Positions 15,141 to 27,454 are shown, counted from the whole stretch's first letter. The stretch: DNA of 63,448 bases, filler included, from Octopus bimaculoides (GCF_001194135.2; 5 parts of 5 records of this genome joined end to end with filler, not necessarily neighbours in it), one strand, 5' to 3'. Made by a program: numbers and translations. Notes: a model not told the origin generated them from the letters alone.

Positions 15141-16799
15141 AGAGAAATGTGTCCACATGGATGATTGTTCCATTGCAATTAATGATTCTGCAAAGTAAGA
15201 GACTTGGAAATGCCATTATGAAAGGTTGCTAAATGTAGAGAATGAATAGGAGAAGGAAAGTCTGCCAAATGTAGATCCAACTCCAATACATTTAACCCAG
15301 AGAAAAATTGCTTCAACAGATACACTACATGAAAATCAATTTTTCAGTAGTGTTCTAACAGTTTTGTATAGAAGGTAATAAGAATGATTATTATTTCTTC
15401 ATATTGATGGACGTGGCTGGACTTATATTAGTGATACTGAATAGCATCTCAGTTTTGGACATAACCTTCAGACAAAATACAAGTGCAAGAAGGCTTTTGT
15501 ATTAAAAAAAATAAAAACAACACATTTAAGAAGAACCATTCAGTGTTCATTTGAGAGCTCATTTCAGGATTTGAAAGAATAGGCTGGTGTTCAAAAGTTC
15601 TAGTAAGACTCAGAGAGCACAGCACAAAAGCTTGGTAGCATCTGTGGAGTGGCCTTGTTCAGTTGTTCAGTGTGCAAGAGTACAAGAAGTAAATAATAGA
15701 TAGAAATTCACTAGTGTTGTTAGTGCAGGATGAGTAAATGAATCGCTGGTAGCTGAAGCAGTCATGAATTGAAAGCTATGGAATACTCAGATGGCTGGCT
15801 TGTAAGTTCAGCTTAGATAATATGATTACTAATGAAAGTGATAGTGTAGGAGCAAGGGAGGAAACAGAGTGGAATATGAGTTACCACTGTTAACAACAAA
15901 GATTTTCTCTTTTTCATACCAAAAGCATGATGAAATGTAAAGGTGAAACATTGTTGGTAAGTGCAGAGGATCTGTAACAGCTGAAGACTAATGAGCTCTT
16001 ATTGAAAGTACAGCATTAATATGTAAGAAAGGTTGAAGTGATGGAAGACAAATGACATGAAATGTTTTTATGCTTAGTAAGTTGCCTGCTCTGGTAAATA
16101 ATTGAAGCAAATGGAATAAAAAGATATGTGTTTATAATGAAGAGTATCTACGGTAGATTTACAACATTGGAGACTGTCTGAGGAAGTGGTTCAGTCAAAT
16201 GTGAAATGGTTTGGACCTCACAAAAAGGAAAATAAAAAAAAGATCAATATTGATTATACAGATCTAGCTAACCTATGTCAATGAGGAAAAGCAGTCATGA
16301 CAGTGATGATCATGATGATGAGGATAGTAGTGGTGATAGAGATGCTGGTAAGGATGATGATATAAGCAACTTAGTAATTATAAGCACTTGATAGTTAAAA
16401 GATAGTCATGTTTAAAGAAGAATGGTATGAAGATATCAGTATTTTAGATGCAAAGAGAAAAATTATGTATTCAGTTTAATGGGAACATTAGTGAAATTAA
16501 CAAATCAATGAGAAAAGAATGAACAGTATATTGCAGAGATTGAAAAGAAGGACACATGGAAATGTTTTACCTGTTTTAAAGTGCTGGTTTGATTTATTTG
16601 ATTTTGTGTTACTATTTAGTTCCAAACTGTCGAGAATGGTTGATATGTCATGACTTACATCACTTAGGTCAAGAGGTGACTGAACCCCTGAAATAGATTA
16701 TTCCAATATGTTTCAAATAATAAAATTATTATATTAATAGAACTGATTTTCAAAAATATTAATGCAGTTACAATCTTTTCTTTTCAAATTCACAATATT

Positions 16800-17366
16800 G
16801 GATCTTTTTTAAAACGGGGGCCACATTTTTCATTAACGAAACACTTTGAAACTTGGAACACTGGTAGAACGTGTCATATAAAACATCTTTTTCTCTTAGT
16901 CTTCTTAAAAAAAAAGAAATCCATAAATTATTCCATGTTAAAGTTGTCGTATTTCTGTAATTTCAACCAATCACTGACGTCCATTCAGCCGATATACATT
17001 AAGTGCCAACTACATAAACAAACGATTCTGAAACAATTAACCCTAACCCTAGGGTTAGGGTTAGGGTTAGGGTTAAAGCAAATTTAAAATGAAAAAAGCA
17101 AATAAAATGAAGGTATGGAGATTAAATACGCTTTACATCGCTTAGTGAGCCAAAGGAGTAAATGTAAACAACTGAATACTTGTCAGTGATTGGTTGAAAT
17201 TATCGAAATAAGACAATTTTTTACATGAAATAAATTCGAATACAAAAATATTTTTCTGTTCTATAACACAAAATAGATAAGTATACGAAGTTTGAAAGTC
17301 TTTCGGTACCAAAAACACTACATAAAACATTAATGAAAAATGTGGCACCCGTTTTAAAAAAGATCC
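16800..17366. mobile_element. Non-autonomous TIR DNA transposon with internal telomeric repeats (Merlin/MULE-like), copy 1
   Basis: TIRs GGATCTTTTTTAAAACGGGG.CCACATTTTTCATTAA / TTAATGAAAAATGTGGCACCCGTTTTAAAAAAGATCC; 8-bp direct flanks ACAATATT; CCCTAA/TTAGGG repeats at 17037-17076. The superfamily is inferred from GG termini and the 8-bp TSD. Confidence 0.85.
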
Positions 17367-18192
17367 ACAATATTTCCTAAGACATTAATCTGAGAGAAAA
17401 TTGTACAATACTGCATATGCTTTGCTTTATGCACACTTTTGACAAGTTGTAATGCACCTAAGCACTGTATACAATAATTTCATTATTATCATTATTATTA
17501 AATACATTCATATATTCATTCCTGTATAATAAGCACTTTTTCCCAGATTTTCAAACCTAAAAGTTATAGTGTGCATTATACATGAGAAATAAATTATATG
17601 TATTTTTTACCCAGCCCTAAGTGCAAGGTTATATTTAGGATAGTGTAACTGAAAGTAAGTTATATCTATTGTTGGAGCTAACTGATGTGTAATGAACAGT
17701 TTAAAATCAAGATAATAATGATAGTGATATATTCTGCAATAGTGATATGTTAAATGGGTCATTAAATTTTACAAGTATGCTCATATTAGATTGTATTGAT
17801 TTATTATCTGAATTTCATAAGAATTAAACAAGATCTCAAAGTCCCAAGAATATTTAATTAGTTGTACTGTTTGAAAATCAAACTAACAAGTAATACTGAT
17901 GCTATCAATTTGTCATTTGTTTACATGATTAAGAGTGAATTGGAATTATGAAAAAACATAGGGTAGTGTTATATCAAAGAGTTGTTACCAACACAGGGCT
18001 GGCAACAGCATTGTTTGTTTACAGCTATGAAAGTACCATGTGTTGGTCAGTCTACAAGTCTGATCTCAGTCACTTTAAATAATGTTAAAATAATTCTAAC
18101 ACATAAAAGTGACTGATATATTAAAATATTTGAAAGCATGGTAAAATCAGTGGTTCTTCATCACTCTATAATGTTGTTTATTTATTTATTTA

Positions 18193-18439
18193 TGAAGGGG
18201 TGCTGAAAATTTCCTGGCTTTAAGGAAAGGCCTGGTGAAGGGCCAACTTTCCAAGTTCTTAAGGAAAGGCCTGGTTGGAGGTCAAACTTTCCAAGTTCTT
18301 TTACAGGGCTTAGAAATACTGAAGGGCCACTGCAATAAGTGTGTGAATCTGAGAAGGGAATATGTTGAATAAGATCATAATTAACTGATCCTCCAGAACT
18401 TTCTTTTACTCAAAACCAGAACTTTTCAGCACCCCTTCA
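18193..18439 (+). mobile_element. Mariner-derived MITE (about 250 bp)
   Basis: TA TSD; TIRs tgaaggggtgctgaaaa..tcctggctt / aaaaccagaacttttcagcaccccttca. The interior keeps the transposase C-terminal codons HCNKCVNLRREYVE*. Confidence 0.85.
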
Positions 18440-20566
18440 TATTACAAGTAATTAAGTTGGTTGTTGTTACCAAGTCTATGAATAAAAAGCAAACATCATT
18501 GAAATTCAAACAGAAGACAAGATAATACACTGTCTGGGTCATAGGTGAAAGGCATCAAAGATTGCACATGAGTGCAAAATTTTATCAACTGAATGGTAAA
18601 AAGATTAAGTAAACATGCTTTTTTATTATGTAATTATTTTTAGCATGGCTTCCTTTGTTTACAATCAAATCAGTTATCTGAAGAAAATACTTCCCTCACC
18701 CATCTGGTTTAGATAATTGAGGTCTAACTGTAAATAGATACTATCTTCATATGATGTCAATACAAATTACATCTCACGAAATTATATAGAAAACGCTAGA
18801 TGAAATGGTTAGAAACGGTTTTTGGTTTTTGCTTTCTAAAAATTTAAAATGCAGTGATGCTTCAATTTATTAAGAGTTTTAAACAAGTCATTTTAGCTGT
18901 AAAAAAAAAAAAATTCCAGATCCCAAATAGCTGATGTATAAAATATATATTCAAAGACAGTTTTGTTTTTTTTAAATATGCATATTAAACAGTTAGAGGA
19001 ACTTTAAAATAATTTACACTTAAATAATATGTGCTTTGTTCTGTTTAATAATATATGTGTGTGTCGCTATACAAACTGAAGAGTAACATTGATTTTCAAC
19101 TTATTCAGATGCACTATCAATATCAAAATCAAATTGATTTTCTAGAAAAAAAACCAAACACCATCATGTGATTTCCACAATGTTGACTTCACAGTTGGTG
19201 CTCTACACTGGTGAAGTTCAAAGGCCACTTTGAGAATTGTGCTTTGATTTGTTTAGGATGCATGAACTTTTTTAATATATTTTATGCACTCCTTTTTCCT
19301 ACATGAGAGATATTTTTATGGAGATTACATTGCCCACAGTTTGGGTGCATATTATGCATGAATAAATACAATACTTGTCACTGAATTTCATTGCAACCCT
19401 TTGTTTACTAAATATAGATAAAACTCCACCGAGCACTACAAACACACACTTAACATGATGGTTTTTAAAGTCTACTAAATGTTATTTTATCAAAACAATT
19501 AAACATTTTATTACAACAACTCACAAAAAGTAAACAAAGATATCTTTTAATGTAAACTTGTGAAATGTATCAAAACTAAGATCAAAGTTTCAAAGCAAAT
19601 TTTAAATAAGTTTAGTTTAAGATAATGAATTTCAGTTTTACAAATTGTCAAGTGGCAGTTCCAAAGTAATATTTATGTCATAAATTACTCGTTTCTTTTT
19701 AAGAGTAATGCGTTTTGTTTTTTGTTTTGATGAACATTATAATTTAATAACTTTTCTTCAACCAGAATGAAATCCAACAACTTCTTTTAGACACTTTTTC
19801 CTAATTGATTGTTTTTCATCATGTCTTTACCACAATTTCAGCAAGTTATTTGATCAGATGTGAGGACAGTTAATAGTACAGAAAGAGTAAAAAGCTAGCA
19901 AGCAATGAATCACTTAAAGTATAAGCATAACTAGTATGAATTGCTTGGGGAAGCAGTATGCTACTGATATTAAAGAGAACTGGTGAGCTTGTCTATCATT
20001 AAGAGAATTTAAAGAGAATCTTTTAAAGTTTATGCTGAATAGGAATGTGAAAAAAAAAAAAGACGAATTTATTTTTGATTTGCTGAAATATATTTATATT
20101 TAATTTCAAGAGAATAATATTGAATAATTTTACATACCAAGAACTTTTATTTACATTCATCCTCCCCAGAAATCAACCTTGTTACTGTATAATTACTCCT
20201 CTTTTAGTTGTCCATAAAACTCAAAATCTACATTAGTTGATCCTGACTACTAACATTCAACATGGTTAATGCTCAGGCTTGAACACATAAGTAGGAAGAA
20301 AATTCCAGACAACTGATGCACTTGGGAGGAAGGATTGAGTTAAATGGTTACAGCAAGATTTGGAGTGGTGGTGGTCGGACACAATAAGAGGAAAGATGAG
20401 TTTGTGGAGTTCGTTGGATGGAGGTGATAAGCAGTTGGCTAGTTACAAGAATCAGGAGTTGTTACTGTAGCAATAGAAGTCAGAGTGAAGAGACAGCACA
20501 TTATCTATGACTGAGAAGTTTATATGAGTTGGTGAGTAGGTCTATGCCAATTAGATAACTTTTTTT

Positions 20567-21234
20567 GGATCTATTTTAAAACGGGGGCGCCAGTATTTTC
20601 TTAACGAAACACTAACGAAACACTTTGAAACTTGGGACACTGGTAGAATGTGTCATATAAAACATCTTTTACTCTTAGTCTTCTTAACAAAAAAAAGGAA
20701 TTTGTAAGTTATTCCATGTTAAAGTTGTCGTATTTCTGTAATTTCAACCAATCACTGACGTCTATTCAGCTGAATAAGAGTTACTGCTGGGCGGTCATAA
20801 AAATGTTATTCCCTGTGACATATTTCATCCGGTTTAATCGTAATTTATACGCATATATTGTTTATATAATAAATTACGCTGTGCGTATCTATGTGTGTAA
20901 CAATTTTAGAGTTCGGATTCTAGAGTTAGGGTTAGTTTTAGGGTTAGGGTTACGGTTACGGTTAACAGTTTAGTTAGGGTTAGGGTTAGAGTTAGGGGAT
21001 TAATACGATATACACCGTTACAGCGCTAACTGTTTTCAACTGAATAGACGTCGGTGATTAGTAAAAATTATCGAAATAAGACAATTTTTTACATGAAATA
21101 AATTTGAATACAAAAATATTTTTCTGTTCTATAACACAAAATAGATAAGTATACGAAGTTTGAAAGTCTTTCGGTACCAAAAACACTACATAAAACATTA
21201 ATGAAAACTGGCGCCCCCGTTTCAAAAAAGATCC
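20567..21234. mobile_element. Same TIR element family, copy 2
   Basis: Same TIRs and near-identical arms; 8-bp direct flanks CTTTTTTT; degenerate (TTAGGG)n at 20921-20997. Confidence 0.85.
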
Positions 21235-21939
21235 CTTTTTTTTGATGAAGCATTTCCTGGTTCTGCAGACTAAGGTTAGAAATCTTATCAGCATGAGCTC
21301 ACAAATAAAAATTGTCAAATTGTGGAGCCTAGTATTTATGGCCAACTTTAAGGGCTTTATTTACATTCTGTTCAAGACTTCAAAGGGAGAAATATAAGAT
21401 TATTTCCTCGATATGTGCAGTGACTGTGTCTTTTTGTTGTTGAGACATCATCATGGCCGTATTAGAGAATGCTTTGATGTTCGTTCATGGAGGCAATGCA
21501 GGTAGCTACTGGATGATGCAAGTCTACGTTGCAACTGAATTATGTCTGTGTGGACATTTAGGGAGGAAAGAAGAGCAAGCTTGTTAAATGTAACAGCAAG
21601 TTTGTTATAAATGTATAGGAGAAATAGTGTCCATAACTAAACCCTAGCGGAGACCAGAGTTAATATAGAGTATATTAGAGAGAGAGAGAGAGCTACAACA
21701 TCCAAGAGACATTAGCTAGAAGATTCCTATACCAAACATGATTGAATGATCTACAGAATGTCAAATACAACTTTGTTTTTGTTGAAAGATAAGGAATCAC
21801 AGGTGAGTTATACAAGGTGTTTTTAGATTTGCTATTTAGTCTACATAGTGGTGAGAGTGGCAGAGCAGAGAGTGAATGTTTTGGAGGAGTCTTGTTGAAT
21901 GTGCGTATTGTGGAATTGGTACATCTCATGGAAAATAAT

Positions 21940-22045
21940 GTACATGTGCATGCATATACATACATACATATATATACATACACATACATATACATACATA
22001 CATATATATATACATACACATACATATATATACATATATATACAG

Positions 22046-22107
<62 letters not shown>

Positions 22108-22174
22108 GTATATATATACATATATATATATACATATAAATATACATATACACATATAAATATACAATATATAC

Positions 22175-22207
<33 letters not shown>

Positions 22208-22239
22208 TACATACATATATATATATAAATATATATATA
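21940..22239. repeat. Compound (TA)n/(TACA)n/(CA)n microsatellite running into a gap
   Basis: Directly visible. Confidence 0.95.
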
Positions 22240-22597
22240 NNNNNNNNNNNNNNNNNNNNNNNNNNNNNNNNNNNNNNNNNNNNNNNNNNNNNNNNNNNNN
22301 NNNNNNNNNNNNNNNNNNNNNNNNNNNNNNNNNNNNNNNNNCACCTCGAATTTTTAGTTAAATGAATCGACTCCAGTACTTATTTTTTAAGCCTGGTACT
22401 TATTCTATCAGTCTCTTTTCCCGAACCGCTAAGTTACAGGAATGTAAACACACCAACACCCGAACGGGCGAAAGGCAAAGTCGACCTCGGCAGAATTTGA
22501 AATCAGAATGCAACGGCAGACGAAATACCGCTAAGCATTTCGCCCGGTGTGCTAACGTTTCTGCCAGCTCGCCACCACTCCTGTGATATATTCTGTA

Positions 22598-22631
<34 letters not shown>

Positions 22632-22648
22632 TTTTATAAGTTTCGAGC

Positions 22649-23075
22649 TTATAAGTGATGACTAGGCAATGACAAAAGGAAATAGTCTAATACTGGGGCA
22701 TATAAGCCCTCAATGGAAAAAAAGTAGGGTTTCTGACTATTAAGTCAGTATATGGTGATTGCTTATAATCTTTAACTTTATAAAATATTATAATTATTAT
22801 TTACAGAATTGTAAAAATTGACACTGCTTACCAAAAAACCATTGCAGAAAAAGCACATGATGTTTGTTCATAGAAACAACACTATGAACTAATTATAGTT
22901 CTTAAATCTGACAGAAAGAAGCCAGGGGTACATTGGTATAATGGTAACACACTTGTTGCAAAAACAAAGAGCTGTGGGTTCAAGTCCCATGCATATGGAA
23001 AACCTTACTTTTTTCCGTCAATATACCCCAATATTAGACTATTTTCTTTAGTCGTTGCATGATGATCACTTATAA
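22649..23075. mobile_element. Unclassified inverted-repeat element containing a tRNA-like cassette
   Basis: Imperfect IR arms of about 70-85 bp, both ending in TTATAA. Internal A-box/B-box tRNA-like segment at 22925-22998. Confidence 0.55.
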
Positions 23076-23631
23076 AATATTACTATTATTCAACATCATC
23101 ATCACCTAATGTCCGTTGTCCATGCTGGCATGGGTTGGATGGTTTGACCAGGGCTGGCAAGCAGGGAAGCTGTATCAGACTCTAATCTGATTTAGCATGG
23201 TTTCTATAGCTGGTTGTCCTTCCTAATGCCAACCATTCTGAGAGTGGTTCGCTTTTACATGCCACTGGCATGGGTGCCATTTGCATGACACCAGTATCTG
23301 CCACAGCTAAGATTTCACTTGGCTTGATTGATCTTCTAATCAAGCATGGCATAATACCATAGGTGTCGGTCATTTGTCATTGCCTCTGTGAGGCCCAACA
23401 CTCAAAAGGTGCTTTTCATGTTCCACCAGCATCAACCATCTTGCCTCCGTCAGGCCCAAAGTTCAAAAGTACATGTCAGAATTGTAAAAATCAACACTGC
23501 CTACCAAAAACCATTGCATATATATATATATATATATAAATAATCAATCCAAACATGAACAAGCAAGAAAAAACACGAAAAACAACAACGCGAGGACGTG
23601 GAATAAGTACAGTGTTACTGGACGCTCAGAA

Positions 23632-24289
23632 GGCAATGACTAGTGAGCGAGACCTTTGGAAATATGCTGTGCGTGAGAAGACCTGGCAAGCTAAGTGAGA
23701 CCATAACACGTGGCCTATGCCAGGGGTGTAACCAGCACACTTTTGCGTACCTCTCCTTCATTGGACACTAAACTCTGCTTGCGAAGACCTGTTGAGGCAA
23801 GTGAAATCAAAATCAAATTCGCAAATTTGATGACTGGCACCCGTGCCAGTGGAGCGCTAAGAGCACCATTGGAGCATGATCGCTGCCAGAGCAACTAACT
23901 TGCTTCCATGCCGGTGGCACGTAAAAAGCACCATTCGAACGTGGTCATTACTAGCGTTGCCTTACTGGCACTTGTGCTGCTGGCACATGAAAAAACATTC
24001 GAGCGAGGTCGTTGCCAGTGCCACTGGACTGGCTCCTGTGCAGGTGGCACGTCAAAAACACCACTTGAGCGTGACCATTGTCAGTACCGACTGACTGGCC
24101 CTCGTGGCAGTGGCATGTAAAAGCACCCACTACACTCTCGGAGTGGTTGGCGTTAGGAAGGGCATCCAGCTGTAGAAACTCTGCCAGATCACATTGGAGC
24201 CTGGTGCAGCCATCTGGTTCGCCAGTCCTCAGTTAAATTGTCCAACCCATGCTAACATGGAAAGCGGACGTTAAACGATGATGATGATA

Positions 24290-24290
<1 letters not shown>
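23632..24290 (+). mobile_element. RTE LINE 3' end (last codons, repeat-containing 3' UTR, (GAT)n tail)
   Basis: MTSERDLWKYAVREKTWQAK* corresponds to the C-terminus of the 13175 copy. It is followed by a UTR ending CATGGAAAGCGGACGTTAAACGATGATGATGAT. CpGs are largely retained. Confidence 0.75.
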
Positions 24291-24335
<45 letters not shown>

Positions 24336-24384
24336 CATGCACACACACTCACACACACATAAAATATTTATATACATTGTAGAC

Positions 24385-24784
24385 AAATTCACAATATTTT
24401 TCATCATGGAAGACAATTGGAGATTTCTGTGGGACAACCTGTTGAGAGCCACCGACCAGATCTGTGGCTGGTGTAAAGTCCCCTCTCGACCCAGAGTAAC
24501 GTGGTGGTGGAACAAGGAGGTAGATGGGGCTATTAGACAAAAGAAACAGGCTTGGAAGGACTGGAAGAACGGTGGTAGCAGGGAATTGTACCAATCTGCC
24601 AGAAGGGAAGCTAGGCAACAGGTTTATTTAGCCAGAGGGGAAGCAGATAAGAAAAGATTTGCCAATGTTCTACGCCGTGAGGACCAAAGACTCGAGGTAT
24701 TTCGTGTTGCAAGACAGTGTAGGAGAGAGAATAGTGATGTCGTAGGAGAGAAATGTGTTCGCATGGATGATGGTACGCTTGCAC
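24385..24784 (+). mobile_element. RTE LINE ORF fragment (endonuclease-RT linker), cut by an assembly gap
   Basis: Open frame EDNWRFLWDNLLRATDQICGW...TWWWN.EVD.AIRQKKQAWKDWK.GGSRELYQ.ARREA...EKCVRMDDG. Its end overlaps the start of the 15140 copy (EKCVHMDDG). Confidence 0.85.
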
Positions 24785-24884
24785 NNNNNNNNNNNNNNNN
24801 NNNNNNNNNNNNNNNNNNNNNNNNNNNNTTAATTAATTAANNNNNNNNNNNNNNNNNNNNNNNNNNNNNNNNNNNNNNNNNNNN
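24785..24884. other. Assembly spacer (44 N + TTAATTAATTAA + 44 N)
   Basis: Exactly 100 bp. The palindromic 12-mer gives TAA in all six frames. Confidence 0.95.
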
Positions 24885-24919
<35 letters not shown>

Positions 24920-25837
24920 GGCTGTTGCATTAATATTTAGTACGAAATAGAAGTTCAAGAGATTTGTGATACTGAATAAGTAGCTATTTTCAAACAATGC
25001 AGATATATAGCGAACGTCATCGCTATAAATTCAAAACAAACCACCATGACAACAAAAGAAGGAGGAAAAGCAAAATTAAGATTGGTAGCGATGAAATATA
25101 TAAATTTAGACAAATAAAATAAATCAACATCAACGTAGCTAATAGTAACTTATTTCAAATGGGTAAATACCCACTACGCAATAAATGCGTATCTACGCAA
25201 CGTATGCTGTAATAAGTTTGGAATAAAGTAGTTAGACAATAAGTCAAGAGCCAAGGCCTGTACGCTGAGCGATAACAATAACTTTGATATTGTAATGTTT
25301 GTAGGTAGCAAACATAAAAGTGAATTAGCTAATAAGTTTGAGTAAATTCTATTCTCCGTAAAAGGTTATCTCTGTATTAAATTCATTGCAAAACCAAAAA
25401 TCATCACATTAATAATTTCTGAGACATACTTATTTGAGAGGTACACATGTAAAATAGAAAAAGGTTTCCTAAATTATATACATGCAAATTTCGAAAAATA
25501 GAATACTGCACAAGGTGCAAATAAGTATCTTGTGCACATTTCCTCGAAAAATACAAGGTGAGACATCTCGTAGTAGAGATGAAAGACTCACTGATCATTA
25601 GAATGTGCATTATATATTGAAATGAAATCGTATTCCACATTTCATCAGCATGCATCTAGATTAACAGGTTGGGTCAATCAATGTGCGCATTATATTCACA
25701 CATCCTTTATAATACAATGCCAGCTTGTACAGAGCCAGTTGCCACAATCGGTTTGTATATAAGTGTATTAACACGGTATTGGGTAACACAAACGCACCAT
25801 ACTTAAGAACTACACACAACATCTCACTTACATCAAC

Positions 25838-25909
<72 letters not shown>

Positions 25910-26350
25910 TATGTATGTATACATACACGTGTGCTACCATCTGAATGTCTGTTAATTTAAAGGTAACTATTTTCACACGGTGTCAGGCAGGATTAGAAAT
26001 TTGGATTTGATATAGAATATGAATACAAAAATGGAAAAGGATATCACACCACATCTCTAAATATGTAAACATTAATTTTTATTTTAAATTATGTATTATT
26101 ATTTTTTCTCATCTTTTATTTCACATGTGTGTATGTATGAGCACACACACACACATACACAAACACATAGGTATATGGTAAGTACAGAAATTTGTGTATA
26201 AAGATGTACACATATCTTATGCGATTTTAACTATTATATTAGAGCTAAATTAATTTGGTTCCTATTTTTGAAGCTAATTGTTGAATAAACCAATTCTGTA
26301 AGAATCTAAAATGAACAGATACACAAACTTATAAATAGATATTTGAAGGG

Positions 26351-26354
<4 letters not shown>

Positions 26355-26445
<91 letters not shown>

Positions 26446-26470
26446 GGGTGTCTGTCTGTGTGTCTGTCTG
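26355..26470. repeat. (TATC)n-(TGTC)n tetranucleotide repeat
   Basis: Directly visible. Confidence 0.95.
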
Positions 26471-27454
26471 CCTGCCAGTCGATATTTGGATAGTTAGTAC
26501 ATATGTATATATACTATATATATATGCATGTACACATGAACAAATCTCTTGCTACCATATACATACAGACACACACATACACACGCACACAGAAACACAC
26601 ACACACACATACATATACACACTGCTTATCCTAGAGACGACAAATGAGCGTGCTCCAATACATTCGTCCCTTGGAAAATTCCTAGAAATCCTTCATCTAC
26701 AGCGTCTTCAGAATATATTTTCAGCATCAAAAATAATGATGATAATCAAGATACTAATGACGGTGACGATAATGATGCCAATGATGTTGGTGATGATGAT
26801 AATGAGAATGATGTTCGTAATGATAATGTGGCGATGATGGTTTTAGTGGTGATGGTGTTTTGGGTGATACTGGTTCCGATGGCGTGTCTGTAGATGTGTA
26901 AAATGTTATTCGAATCTATGTCGCACTGGTGTTAATGGATAAATACTTCTCCATTAAACATAAGTATTGAAAAATATTTAAGAAACACACACACACAATG
27001 AGGATAAATGGTCACTTCCTCATGTAAAAGCACCAAATCATGTCTGCTAAATTCGTGTTGCATTCGAAGTTTCTGTTTCATGCAGTAACCAAATAAAGTC
27101 TCAAAGCGATGCATAAACAACCAACAAACGAGTTTTTCCGAAGAGAAGCTCTAAGAGATTACATTCAGATAGTCTCTAGCAGACTACATTCAGATAGCCT
27201 TTCGAGGCTTATCGAATATGACTTATTTACATGGCTATTAAAAGAAAACACTTCCATAAGACTAATTACATCCGGAAAATAAAAGAAAAAGTTTCCATAT
27301 AATCTTTGTATAGATTATAATACGATCACCAACACGCATATGTGGCAAACTAAAGAAATGAAAGAAAAACTTTCAAAAGATATTTTCTAAGTTTCTTTGT
27401 CTAATATATCTTAACTACTACTTGAATACTAGCAGGATGAATGTATTATTAGAT

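Noticed and set aside
17037-17076. True chromosomal telomere or end-to-end fusion site
   Set aside because: It is very short and enclosed by TIRs and a TSD of a repeated element, so it is transposon cargo.
21693-22365. Long ORFs rich in YI/HT/CV (also 36269-36935, 25725-25955, 62970-63377 and similar)
   Set aside because: Translations of (TA)n/(CA)n microsatellites and N runs, which lack stops by construction.
22925-22998. tRNA gene
   Set aside because: D, anticodon and T arms are partly formed but the acceptor stem does not pair; treated as tRNA-derived.
23860-24130. CRISPR-like repeat-spacer appearance
   Set aside because: The units are degenerate, lie in the 3' UTR of a eukaryotic RTE LINE, and there are no cas genes.
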